Shown in pieces: positions 1 through 9,071 of a stretch of DNA of 64,000 nucleotides (position 1 is the first letter of the stretch; every line of letters begins with the position of its first letter). The translations under genes were made by a program, and so were the position numbers. Source of the DNA: an uncultured Chitinophaga sp. (GTDB taxonomy: Bacteria; Bacteroidota; Bacteroidia; Chitinophagales; Chitinophagaceae); contig CAZFLL010000009.1 of the NCBI GenBank assembly GCA_964519865.1, forward strand, positions 77 to 64,076. Direction: 5' to 3'. Under the pieces are notes generated by a model. That model was not told the DNA's origin and ran no database searches. It was given only the letters and a program-made list of their open reading frames with translations.

Positions 1-1403
1 GTGCATTTCACTTCCAGTTTATGCTGGTGTTCAATTTTCCATTTGGCCACGGCCAGGTGCATATCCCCCTGGCAATGGATCAGGGTTTGTTTCAGTTCGG
101 AAGAAACCTCCACCAACAAGGTGGGATCTTCTTCGCGCAGCTGGTGCAGGGCCTGCGACAGTTTTTCTTCCTCCCCTTTCTTCAGGGTTTCAATAGCTAC
201 TGTCATATTCGGGGCCGGGAAAACGATCGGGGGCAGTTCATAGTTCTTCCCTTTTATATGCAGGGTATTGTTGACATGGGTATTCTTGAGCTTTAAGGTC
301 GCTCCAATATCACCAGCCACCAGTTCATTGATAGGAACACGTTTATTGCCTTCCACGAGGAAGAGCTGGGTGATCTTTTCAACAACGCCGGTCGTTTCAT
401 TTTCCAGTTCCATACCGCTTTTAACCGTACCCGAATACACTTTAAAGAAAGACAATTCGCCCACATGGGGTTCGGAAATGGTCTTATAAATAAAGATACA
501 GGCGGGACCATTGGCATCACAGGGAAGGGCTTCACCTTTCACGGTGGTCTGTGGACGCATTTCATTGGCACTGGGGCATACATTGTCAATAAAGCCCATC
601 AGCCGGCCACTGCCCATATTCCGTTCGGCAGAAAGGCAGAACAGGGGAAACAGGTCATGGTTGATCATGGCCTTCTTCATACCGTTCTTCATTTCGTCCT
701 CGTCCAGTTCACCTTTATCGAAATATTTCTCCATCAGTGATTCATCATTACTGGCGATGGCTTCGATCAGTTCTTTATGCAACTCATCTGCTTTTGCCCT
801 TTCTTCATCCGGGATATCCGCTTTTTCCGGTTTCCCGCCATTGTCCTTGAAACGGTACATCGTCATCCGCAGCACATCAATGATTTCATGAAAACCGGAG
901 CCGGTCTGGCGGGGATATTGCACCACCACCACATTACTGCCAAAATGCGATTTGGCTTCCCGTACTGCTTTGTCAAAGTCGGCATTATCATCATCCAGTT
1001 TATTCACCCCGAAGATCATGGGTGTTTTAAACTGTTCGGTATATTCCCAGATAATATCGGTACCGACTTCAACACCCATTACGGCGTTGATCAGCATTAC
1101 ACCGGTATCGGCGACGCGGAGGGCGGAGATCACTTCGCCGGAAAAATCATCATAACCCGGCGTGTCAACAATATTGATCTTATATCCTCTCCATTTTGTA
1201 TGAAGGAGCTTGCTGAAAATAGAATTACCACGTTCCTGTTCAAGTTCGTGGTAATCTCCGGTGGTATTCCGTTCTGCAATTGAACCCTTACGGGTTATTA
1301 ATCCAGCTTCGTAAAGCATGCACTCCGCTAAGGTGGTCTTACCGGAGCCGGCATGGCCTAGCAAGACAATATTTTTAACGTGTGAGGTATCAAATTCTGG
1401 CAT
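1..1403 (-). CDS. fusA: Elongation factor G paralogue (EF-G2 type), runs off the left edge
   Basis: Hand translation, absent from the ORF track: MPEFDTSHVKNIVLLGHAGSGKTTLAE...ERGNSI...DTPGYDDF...NKLD; translational GTPase G1/G3/G4 motifs followed by EF-G domain II-III sequence (EEDPTL). Confidence 0.92.
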   Translation of the reverse strand, partial: MPEFDTSHVKNIVLLGHAGSGKTTLAECMLYEAGLITRKGSIAERNTTGDYHELEQERGNSIFSKLLHTKWRGYKINIVDTPGYDDFSGEVISALRVADTGVMLINAVMGVEVGTDIIWEYTEQFKTPMIFGVNKLDDDNADFDKAVREAKSHFGSNVVVVQYPRQTGSGFHEIIDVLRMTMYRFKDNGGKPEKADIPDEERAKADELHKELIEAIASNDESLMEKYFDKGELDEDEMKNGMKKAMINHDLFPLFCLSAERNMGSGRLMGFIDNVCPSANEMRPQTTVKGEALPCDANGPACIFIYKTISEPHVGELSFFKVYSGTVKSGMELENETTGVVEKITQLFLVEGNKRVPINELVAGDIGATLKLKNTHVNNTLHIKGKNYELPPIVFPAPNMTVAIETLKKGEEEKLSQALHQLREEDPTLLVEVSSELKQTLIHCQGDMHLAVAKWKIEHQHKLEVKC

Positions 1404-1522
1404 AGCAATAAATTTATTATTGAAGAAAAAATGTATGACTTATACAAATCTTCAAAAGGATTGAATAGGAACAGATGAACCCGGTTAGGGTCCGGGCTGA
1501 TTAAAGTCAGTAATCAGTCGCT

Positions 1523-1888
1523 TTAAGGAGTTCGCGACAGGAAACCACTGAATTCTTCACGCAGGTTCTGGAGTGTTTGTCCGAGTGAGCGGTATTCTTC
1601 CAGCAGGGTCTCGTGTTTACCGAGTGTTTCTTCTGAGGCGGGGGATTCGGTGTGTAATTGCCGTTCGTGATTTTTGATCGACTGCTTAAGATCGTGGATG
1701 TTGATCAGCTGGATGTGAAACTGGTTGTGGAGATGTTCGACTTCCTGTAGTTGTTCTTTGGAGAGAGGCTTGCCGGCTACCTGGCGGATTTTGTTTTCGT
1801 CTGTTGTGAATTCATCACGGAAATTGCGGAGTTGCTCTCTCCAGGCATTGCACTCCGCGGAGAGCTGTGAGATGTCTACCTGTACCAT
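1523..1888 (-). CDS. Hypothetical alpha-helical protein (121 aa)
   Basis: Clean ORF, A-rich upstream, heptad-like E/Q/L pattern. Confidence 0.75.
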   Translation of the reverse strand: MVQVDISQLSAECNAWREQLRNFRDEFTTDENKIRQVAGKPLSKEQLQEVEHLHNQFHIQLINIHDLKQSIKNHERQLHTESPASEETLGKHETLLEEYRSLGQTLQNLREEFSGFLSRTP

Positions 1889-2121
1889 GGGATTTAAAAT
1901 TTAGAAGTTAAATAATAAAAGAACTGGTTGGAAATACTGCCTGAAGCTGGCAGATTATCCAGGGTTATGGACTAAGCAGAGGTGGGTTTTTGTTCTTTTG
2001 CTACAGTTAAGGTAAGACCATTTTGGATAAATTCAAATAAATATTGACTTAAATAAAAAAAGAAATGCACAGGATTAAGCTGTGCATTTTTTTTGTATAT
2101 TCTTTTTATTCAGGCAAATTA

Positions 2122-3036
2122 TCAATGCCTTCTGACTTTGACTTTTGTGGCTTTATTTCCCCGCGGACCAGTCACTGTTGTCTTACGCACCGTGGCTTTA
2201 TGGCCGCGCGGACCAGTCACCTGCGTGCGTGTATGTGTAACCCTGTAATTTCCTACTGCAGATGAATGACGGGTTCTTACTGTTACAGAACTGGAACGGA
2301 AAGGTGTATACATGCGGTGCGCAACCATGACCCGGTGAGTATGCACGACTACAAAGGGGCGGTTATAATGTGCCCGGTAAGGATGCCATACATGCCAGGC
2401 AAACGGGCGCCAGGGTTTCCACCAGCCCGGGTAAGTACGCCAGCGCCAGGGAGAAATCCAGGGACGGTAAACGGGTCCGTAAACAAACCGGACCGAGGGC
2501 CAGCCCCAAACATTAATCACTATACGCGGTGCTGTAAAATCGTACCCGGCATTGGGACCACTGAGCTGACTGTCATTATAATTAATAAAAGCATCCTCAT
2601 CTCCCCCGCCATCCGGTTCAACAATCACGGCTTCCCCGTAAATATCTTCATCCCCGATAATCTGGATAACGGCCGTGGTATCCCCGGTTTTCTCCAGTTC
2701 AATCACCGCAATATCCTGATTTTCGGAAGCTGAAACCGGAACCTGCAACACAAATGCATGCACTTCTTTATCCGATTTGTCGATTACCCGTACATAGTCT
2801 GTTTCGCCGTCTTCATTCAGGTCAAGGTTATTGACATGGTTGGATTCAAGATTGATCGCTTTTTCAAAATCCTCAATACTGGCGGATTGCTGGAATAACT
2901 GCAGGGCTCCCTGGAGACTGAAATTGTCGCCCGGTAAACCGGTGGAGTCCACGCCGGATTGGGATTGGGCATTAACCCCGGTGACTGAAAACAGGAAGGC
3001 GCCTGTTAAATGGAGGATTGTACGGTATATTTTCAT
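2122..3036 (-). CDS. Exported hypothetical protein with acidic N-domain, W/P/R-rich middle and basic VTGPRG-repeat tail
   Basis: Signal peptide, DLNEDGETDY motif, two VTGPRG repeats. Confidence 0.8.
   Translation of the reverse strand: MKIYRTILHLTGAFLFSVTGVNAQSQSGVDSTGLPGDNFSLQGALQLFQQSASIEDFEKAINLESNHVNNLDLNEDGETDYVRVIDKSDKEVHAFVLQVPVSASENQDIAVIELEKTGDTTAVIQIIGDEDIYGEAVIVEPDGGGDEDAFINYNDSQLSGPNAGYDFTAPRIVINVWGWPSVRFVYGPVYRPWISPWRWRTYPGWWKPWRPFAWHVWHPYRAHYNRPFVVVHTHRVMVAHRMYTPFRSSSVTVRTRHSSAVGNYRVTHTRTQVTGPRGHKATVRKTTVTGPRGNKATKVKVRRH
2162..2220. repeat. Intragenic direct repeat cgcggaccagtcac x2 (45-nt period)
   Basis: Copies at 2162-2175 and 2207-2220 encode the VTGPR repeats. Confidence 0.85.
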
Positions 3037-3147
3037 AAATAAAATTTGTTATCAGACAACAGATTATGCTCCGGGTTTAACAGCCAGGGGCAGAATTTAT
3101 ATTAAATACGGTAATTTTTCTGGATTTCAATAACTTGCCCTCCCTTC

Positions 3148-5181
3148 ATGATTTCACCCAATACCATACAGCAGATACTCGGACGTACGGATATAATCGA
3201 TGTGGTCGGGAGTTTCGTAAAACTGAAAAGAAGAGGTTCTAATTACCTGGGACTCTGCCCTTTTCACAACGAAAAGACCCCTTCATTTACCGTGTCGCCC
3301 AGCAAAGAGATCTACAAGTGTTTTGGCTGCGGGAAAAGCGGAAATACGGTCAGCTTTGTGATGGAGCATGAAAAGTACAGCTATGTGGAGGCCCTGAAGT
3401 GGCTGGCTAACCGCTACGGGATCGAGATTGAAGAGACTTTTGTCAGCGATGAACAACGGCAACAGTTACAGGCCGCTGACAGCCTCTATATCATCAATAG
3501 TTTTGCACAGCAGTTTTTCAGCCGGGTCTTGTTTGACACCGAGGAAGGACAGGACGTTGGACTGGCCTATTTTAAAGAACGCGGTTTCCGCGAAGAAATC
3601 ATCCGGAAATTCCAGCTGGGTTATTCCCCGGAGCAACGGGATGCGTTTACACGGGAAGCGATCGGGAAACAATACAATACGGAGTTACTGATCAAATCGG
3701 GACTGGTGGCCAACCGGAATGACCAGTTGATGGATAACTACCGGGGACGGGTCATTTTCCCGATCCATAACCATAGTGGAAAAGTGCTGGGTTTTGGTGC
3801 CCGGATACTGAAGACCAATGAAAAAGCGCCCAAGTATATCAATACCCCGGAGAACGAGATCTATATAAAAAGTAAAATTCTCTATGGTTCCTATTTTGCC
3901 CGCCAGGCCATTGATAAAGCGGACGAATGCCTGCTGGTGGAAGGATATACCGATGTGGTTTCCCTGCACCAGGCCGGTATTGAAAATGTGGTGGCCAGCG
4001 GGGGTACTTCCCTGACCCCCGACCAGTTAAGACTGATCCGGAAGTATACCAATAACCTGACGATTATTTATGACGGGGACTCGGCCGGGGTTAAAGCTGC
4101 TTTACGCGGACTTGACCTGGCCCTGGAAGAAGGGTTGAATGTAAAACTGGTATTGATTCCAGATAAAGAGGATCCGGATAGTTATGTTAACAAAGTCGGG
4201 GCAGCCTCCTTTACCCAGTTTATCCAGAAAAATAAAAAGGATTTTATTCTCTTCCAGCTGGAAGTGGCGTTGAAAGATGCGGGAGGTGATTCGCAGAAAA
4301 AATCAGAAGTGGTGAACCGGATGGCCGAGACCATTGCCCGGATCAATAAAGCCGAAGATTTTACCCGGCAACAGGATTATATCAAGCAATGTGCTGAATT
4401 GCTGAAAATCGATGAGGGTGGATTGCATGCACTGGTGAATAAATTCATCCGTGACCGGGTGACCAGCATGGAACGCAAACAACCTTTCGAGGAAGCAAAA
4501 CAGTTTGAGGAAAATGCAAAGCAGGGAGAACAAACCAATTTTGATGAAGCAACGTTTAACCTGCTGTTCAAGGATGATCTGCAGGAACGGGAAGTAGCCA
4601 GGATCATCCTGGAGTACGGGATCAAAAAATATGACCAGGAAAAACTGATCGGGGAATATATCCTGCAGGAAATGGTGGATGAATCCCTGCTGGACAATAA
4701 AGACGTGATCCGTTTAATTGCTGTATTCAGGGAACTCCTGGAGAAAAACCCGGAGCAGGCCAGCCGGAGCTATTTTATTCATCACCCGGATTCGGGTCTT
4801 AGTGCCTTTGCCGTTTCCCTGCTTAATTTCCCCTATGAGGAAAGTGAACACTGGCGACGGGAATTCAGCCAGGCAGGTGGTTACCAGAAAAGCCTGTTTG
4901 AACAATCCTATGAGGATTTTATCCGGACGGTGGCACCGGAAAATGATGAACAGTTACTTCGTTTCCTGAAAATGGATGAAGATAAAACCAATGACCAGGT
5001 CGAATCCGCCGTGAATTACCTGAAGCTGCGCAAGATCAAACGGATGTTACTGGAAAACCAGCTGGACCTTGAAAAGGAACACACCCCGGAAGAGTTCAGT
5101 ATGCTGCACCAGACCCATGAACACCTCAAACAAATGGAAATGGAACTGACCCGTAAAATGGGGGCGGTGATTATCCGGTGA
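3148..5181 (+). CDS. dnaG: DNA primase
   Basis: CPFHNEKTPSF...CFGC zinc finger, KYINTPE, TOPRIM EGYTDV and YDGDSAG, DPD. Confidence 0.98.
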   Translation: MISPNTIQQILGRTDIIDVVGSFVKLKRRGSNYLGLCPFHNEKTPSFTVSPSKEIYKCFGCGKSGNTVSFVMEHEKYSYVEALKWLANRYGIEIEETFVSDEQRQQLQAADSLYIINSFAQQFFSRVLFDTEEGQDVGLAYFKERGFREEIIRKFQLGYSPEQRDAFTREAIGKQYNTELLIKSGLVANRNDQLMDNYRGRVIFPIHNHSGKVLGFGARILKTNEKAPKYINTPENEIYIKSKILYGSYFARQAIDKADECLLVEGYTDVVSLHQAGIENVVASGGTSLTPDQLRLIRKYTNNLTIIYDGDSAGVKAALRGLDLALEEGLNVKLVLIPDKEDPDSYVNKVGAASFTQFIQKNKKDFILFQLEVALKDAGGDSQKKSEVVNRMAETIARINKAEDFTRQQDYIKQCAELLKIDEGGLHALVNKFIRDRVTSMERKQPFEEAKQFEENAKQGEQTNFDEATFNLLFKDDLQEREVARIILEYGIKKYDQEKLIGEYILQEMVDESLLDNKDVIRLIAVFRELLEKNPEQASRSYFIHHPDSGLSAFAVSLLNFPYEESEHWRREFSQAGGYQKSLFEQSYEDFIRTVAPENDEQLLRFLKMDEDKTNDQVESAVNYLKLRKIKRMLLENQLDLEKEHTPEEFSMLHQTHEHLKQMEMELTRKMGAVIIR

Positions 5182-5704
5182 GACCGTTTTTTTTCATCAG
5201 CAGGTCACTGTATGAAACCTCTGCCAGCTCATTTGCTTCAATTCCAAATGCTGTTAAATAATAATCACATTGTTCTTTCAGCTGAACCGCGTTCATATCA
5301 GGAGCTTCTTTATTACCGGCTTCAATTTCCACGAAAGAACCCAGGCCCGGTACTTCGTCAATATGGAACTTAACGTTCCGGATAAAATAGATTTCCCGGA
5401 TTTTCTCCACGACCACTTTAATTCCATTGGCGCTGGTTAAGGCCTTTTTAAGCCCGGCGGCGTCCGGTACCTTTACCAATTGAAATGCCGACTCTTTAGG
5501 GCCCGCCTGGTCTGGCCGTTCATAGAAGATCAGGTTGTTCTCGATATTGCCTTCGCGGAGCTTCAGGCGGCCTTTAAATACATTAAAATAGGTATCCGTC
5601 TGGTGGTCCGTTCCTTTGAACTCCGCCCCGTTGGACAGCAGGTATTCCCTGACTTCAGCCGGGCGGCTGCAGCGGGCTTTAATTTCGACATTCAGGTGAC
5701 TCAT
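5171..5704 (-). CDS. CYTH-domain protein (class IV adenylate cyclase / triphosphatase family)
   Basis: EIKAR, QTDTYF, RLKLRE, K-R-IY, GSFVEIE, SYSDLL. Confidence 0.9.
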   Translation of the reverse strand: MSHLNVEIKARCSRPAEVREYLLSNGAEFKGTDHQTDTYFNVFKGRLKLREGNIENNLIFYERPDQAGPKESAFQLVKVPDAAGLKKALTSANGIKVVVEKIREIYFIRNVKFHIDEVPGLGSFVEIEAGNKEAPDMNAVQLKEQCDYYLTAFGIEANELAEVSYSDLLMKKNGLTG

Positions 5705-5759
5705 AAAAAGAAAAGGGCTGTATCTTTTTGGATACAGCCCTGGCTATTAAAAATTTTTA

Positions 5760-6206
5760 TTATTCAGCTACAGCGGCTGATTGCCGTTTCCGGCTGGCCC
5801 CGTTATCTTCTCCCCGGTATTCTTCACAGCGGGTAAAGCGCATTGCGCTCCAGACATGATCCAGTTCCACCCGTTCAATGCTCGCATACCCATCGCAGGT
5901 CAGCCGGTTCCAGCTGCACTCCCTGTTCAGGTCTGTGACAATTTTAGAGGTGGTTTTGGGATAGGCTACCCAGAATTTAGAATCCGTTTTCAGGGAAGGC
6001 ATTACATCCTTGAGAATCCCGTTCAGCTGATTTTCATTCACCGCAAATACCAGGGCAAAATCAATCTTCCGGCTTTTTAAAAGCGGGGTCATGTTTTTGG
6101 CGAAGGATAGCTTACTGAACTGTTTCTCGATGGAGGAGGGCAAGCCCTGAATTAAAAGAGTCTTTTCGTCTGCCAGTTGCAACTTTTCAAACACAGTTTG
6201 TGACAT
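5760..6206 (-). CDS. Hypothetical protein (DUF3052-like)
   Basis: FWVAYPKTTSKIVTDLNR...WSAMRF pattern; own TACCTTTG promoter at 6280-6287. Confidence 0.65.
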   Translation of the reverse strand: MSQTVFEKLQLADEKTLLIQGLPSSIEKQFSKLSFAKNMTPLLKSRKIDFALVFAVNENQLNGILKDVMPSLKTDSKFWVAYPKTTSKIVTDLNRECSWNRLTCDGYASIERVELDHVWSAMRFTRCEEYRGEDNGASRKRQSAAVAE

Positions 6207-6385
6207 ACTTAGAAGCTTTTTAAAAGGTTCCGGTCAATCCATACTTAAAAGATTGGCCGAGTTCTCAAAGCAGGGACTGCAAAGGTACTGATTAATATGT
6301 GTAATTTCTACATATATTTATATAAATATCCCTCCTGCAGTATGCATTCATACTTCAGGAGGGATATGAAATAACTTGATCTAAA

Positions 6386-7198
6386 TCATTTACCCACAGG
6401 CTTGTATCTTGCCATCGCTTCGGGCATATACTTCTTGAGTTGTTCGATGCGGTGTTCTTCAGCCGGGTGTGTGCTCAGGAATTCGGGGGGCGACTGTCCG
6501 GCAGATGCTTTCTGCATTCTTTCCCAAAGGGCGATCGCCTCCTGGGGATTATAACCTGCCATTGCGGCGAAAATCAGGCCATAACGGTCAGCTTCCAGTT
6601 CATGTTTACGGCTAAATGGTAACAATACCCCAACCTGTGATCCGGCTCCATAAGCGCCCAGAAACAGGTTTTGTGTTTCCTGGGGTTTATTGGCGACCGC
6701 AACAGAAAGAGCCACGCCGCCTAATTGCTGCAGGATCCCCTGGCTCATCCGCTGGTTACCGTGTTGTAAAAGCGCATGGGAAACTTCATGGCCCATTACA
6801 GCCGCCAGCGCTGCTTCATTCTGGGTGATGGGAAGCAGACCTGTATATACCACGATCTTACCGCCGGGCATACACCAGGCATTGACTGTTTTATCATCTA
6901 CCAGGTTGACTTCCCATTTATATCCGGCCAGGTCACTGGATTTGCCAATTTCAGTATAATACGATTCCACGGATTTTATGATCCGCTGCCCTACCCTGTT
7001 CACCATCTCTGCATCGCGGTTATTGGAACCTCCAACCACTTTATTGGTAGACAAAAACTGCTTGTATTCGGTTGTGGCCATGGTCTGCAGTTCGGATTCC
7101 GGCAGTAATTTCAGCTGTTTTTTCCCCGACAATGGGTTTGTTGAGCAGGAAAGTAACAGGCAGGATAATGCAAAACAGGCACTGATCTTTATTAACAT
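6386..7198 (-). CDS. M48 family zinc metallopeptidase lipoprotein
   Basis: Lipobox LLSC, NAWCMPGGKI, HEVSH, SRKHELEAD, FLSTHP. Confidence 0.95.
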   Translation of the reverse strand: MLIKISACFALSCLLLSCSTNPLSGKKQLKLLPESELQTMATTEYKQFLSTNKVVGGSNNRDAEMVNRVGQRIIKSVESYYTEIGKSSDLAGYKWEVNLVDDKTVNAWCMPGGKIVVYTGLLPITQNEAALAAVMGHEVSHALLQHGNQRMSQGILQQLGGVALSVAVANKPQETQNLFLGAYGAGSQVGVLLPFSRKHELEADRYGLIFAAMAGYNPQEAIALWERMQKASAGQSPPEFLSTHPAEEHRIEQLKKYMPEAMARYKPVGK

Positions 7199-7292
7199 GT
7201 GTGTGATTTTTAAGCAAAACTACTCAATCATTATACCAATCAGGTTACATGATTGAACATTTTATTTTCATGAAAGTTAAAAAAGAGTCGGG

Positions 7293-7961
7293 TTAATCGT
7301 TGTTCTGGCGGGCTTCCCGGCGGCGTTGCCGGCGACGATCACGGCCTTTCAGGATCGGCACTTTACTTTCATTGCCCCGTAGCAGGCGGCCGATATTTTT
7401 CTGGTGGGTTAATAATACCATCAGGGCGACCGCTATGGCAAAGACCCGGTAGACCGGATTGTCTACATTGAAAATAACCAGGATAAAGAAAGGGAAGGCA
7501 ATACTGGCCAATATGGAACTCAGGGAAACAAAACGGGTCAGGTAAAGAACGAGTGAAAAAATACCAACACAGCTCAGGGCTGTCCAGGGCGAAATTCCCA
7601 GTACTAATCCAAAAAGGGTGGCAACACCCTTTCCGCCCCGGAAATCGGCCCAGATCGGGAAAATATGCCCTACCACCGCAGCCAGGCCTAGCCCGGTCTG
7701 GAGGTTCTGAAGGTTGACTTCACTATCCGCATATTCGGGTAATAATAAGGCCAGCTTGACAGCCACCACGCCTTTCAGCATATCGATGACCATGACAAAA
7801 GTGCCCCATTTTGACCCCAGCACCCGGTAGGTATTCGTAGCCCCGGCATTGCCACTGCCATAGTCCCTGATATCAATATTGAAAAAGGATTTGCTCACCC
7901 AAACAGAGGTGGGAACACTGCCAATCAGATAGGCGACAATAATCAGAAGGAGTTCATTCAT
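7293..7961 (-). CDS. plsY: Glycerol-3-phosphate acyltransferase
   Basis: YLIGSVP, GSGNAGATN, DMLKG, GHIFP, GGKGVAT, H-NI-RL. Confidence 0.97.
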   Translation of the reverse strand: MNELLLIIVAYLIGSVPTSVWVSKSFFNIDIRDYGSGNAGATNTYRVLGSKWGTFVMVIDMLKGVVAVKLALLLPEYADSEVNLQNLQTGLGLAAVVGHIFPIWADFRGGKGVATLFGLVLGISPWTALSCVGIFSLVLYLTRFVSLSSILASIAFPFFILVIFNVDNPVYRVFAIAVALMVLLTHQKNIGRLLRGNESKVPILKGRDRRRQRRREARQNND

Positions 7962-7999
7962 AGAACCTTGCCATTATTTTGTCCGTAGCGGACAGAAAC

Positions 8000-8007
8000 C
8001 AAAAATA
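8000..8007 (-). promoter_or_regulatory. Bacteroidota -7 promoter element (plsY)
   Basis: TATTTTTG on the minus strand matches TAnnTTTG. Confidence 0.6.
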
Positions 8008-8090
8008 CACAAAAATCGGAATGTGGTAACAGTAATTTTACCTGTTGATAATATTGGGTTAACAGTTAAACAAAGGGAGGGGGAGAGATA

Positions 8091-8137
8091 GTTTGTAGTT
8101 AGTAGTTAGTAGCCTGCCTGCCGGCAGGCAGGTCAAC
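8091..8137. repeat. TAGTTAG heptamer tract interrupted by the perfect 20-bp palindrome CCTGCCTGCCGGCAGGCAGG (8113-8132)
   Basis: Read directly; the same tract without the palindrome lies at 51474-51507. Confidence 0.85.
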
Positions 8138-8165
8138 AGCCCTTGTTAAGAAAGCAAAGCCAGTC

Positions 8166-8220
8166 TAAACCCTCTAAACCCTTCTCTCAACTCTCAACTC
8201 CAAACTCTCAACCCTCAACT
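8166..8220. repeat. G-free CTCTCAA/CTAAACC-type heptamer tract spanning and following the prmA stop
   Basis: ctaaaccctctaaacccttctctcaactctcaactccaaactctcaaccctcaact. Confidence 0.8.
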
Positions 8221-9030
8221 CTCCATTGCCAGGCAAATCCAGTTATTTTTCACTTCTTTTCCAGTCAACCGGAGTGAAAGTGGGTTGGCCGCATTTACAA
8301 TATCCTCTTCATCGGTGATCAGCAGACCACTCAGGAGCAATACTCCCCCATCATTCAGGGCATTTTTAAGATGTGCCAGGTTATCGAGAATTACATTCTT
8401 ATTGATATTGGCCAAAATGATATCCGCCTTTTCTATGCCAGCGGCGTTGTCCGACTGATGGAGCCTGATCCGGCTGCACTGATTATGCTGGCAGTTTTCC
8501 GTGGCATTTTCAATGCTCCAGTCATCATAATCTATTCCGGTAATTTCAGCAGCTCCCATTTTTTCAGCCAGTATGGCCAGTACTCCTGTGCCGGTTCCAA
8601 AATCAACTACTTTTTTATTGTTGAAATCCAGCAGGCGCATCTGCCGCAACATCATAAAAGTGGTGGCATGATGGCCGGTGCCAAAACTCATTTTCGGGGT
8701 TATGACAATTTCAAATCCCACCCCATTTACCGGCTCATGAAATTCAGCTCTGATCGCTACAAAATCATCCACCGTTACTGGTTCAAAATTGGATTCCCAT
8801 ACGGCATTCCAGTTTTGACCTTCGATAACCTGTTCCGTAAAAGTAACGGCATGACTCGCTGCAATTTCGTTGACCCGGTCTTTTTTAAATAATGCTTCAG
8901 GAATAAAAGCTCTCAGTTCCTGTTCAGTTTCTTCAAATCCCTCAAACCCTTCTTCTGAAAGCTGGGCAATCAATACCTGCTGAAGTTCAGTATCTGCTAC
9001 GGGAAATATTATTTCGATGTGGTTGGCCAT
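8215..9030 (-). CDS. prmA: Ribosomal protein L11 methyltransferase
   Basis: PKMSFGTGHHATT, DFGTGTGVLA, ILANIN. Confidence 0.97.
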   Translation of the reverse strand: MANHIEIIFPVADTELQQVLIAQLSEEGFEGFEETEQELRAFIPEALFKKDRVNEIAASHAVTFTEQVIEGQNWNAVWESNFEPVTVDDFVAIRAEFHEPVNGVGFEIVITPKMSFGTGHHATTFMMLRQMRLLDFNNKKVVDFGTGTGVLAILAEKMGAAEITGIDYDDWSIENATENCQHNQCSRIRLHQSDNAAGIEKADIILANINKNVILDNLAHLKNALNDGGVLLLSGLLITDEEDIVNAANPLSLRLTGKEVKNNWICLAMES

Positions 9031-9034
9031 AAGT

Positions 9035-9060
9035 AAAAAAGCCCCGGAAAATCCGGGGCT
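9035..9060 (-). terminator. Intrinsic terminator after pnp
   Basis: agccccgg-aaaat-ccggggct stem followed by a T-run on the minus strand. Confidence 0.8.
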
Positions 9061-9071
9061 GTAAAGTTTTA

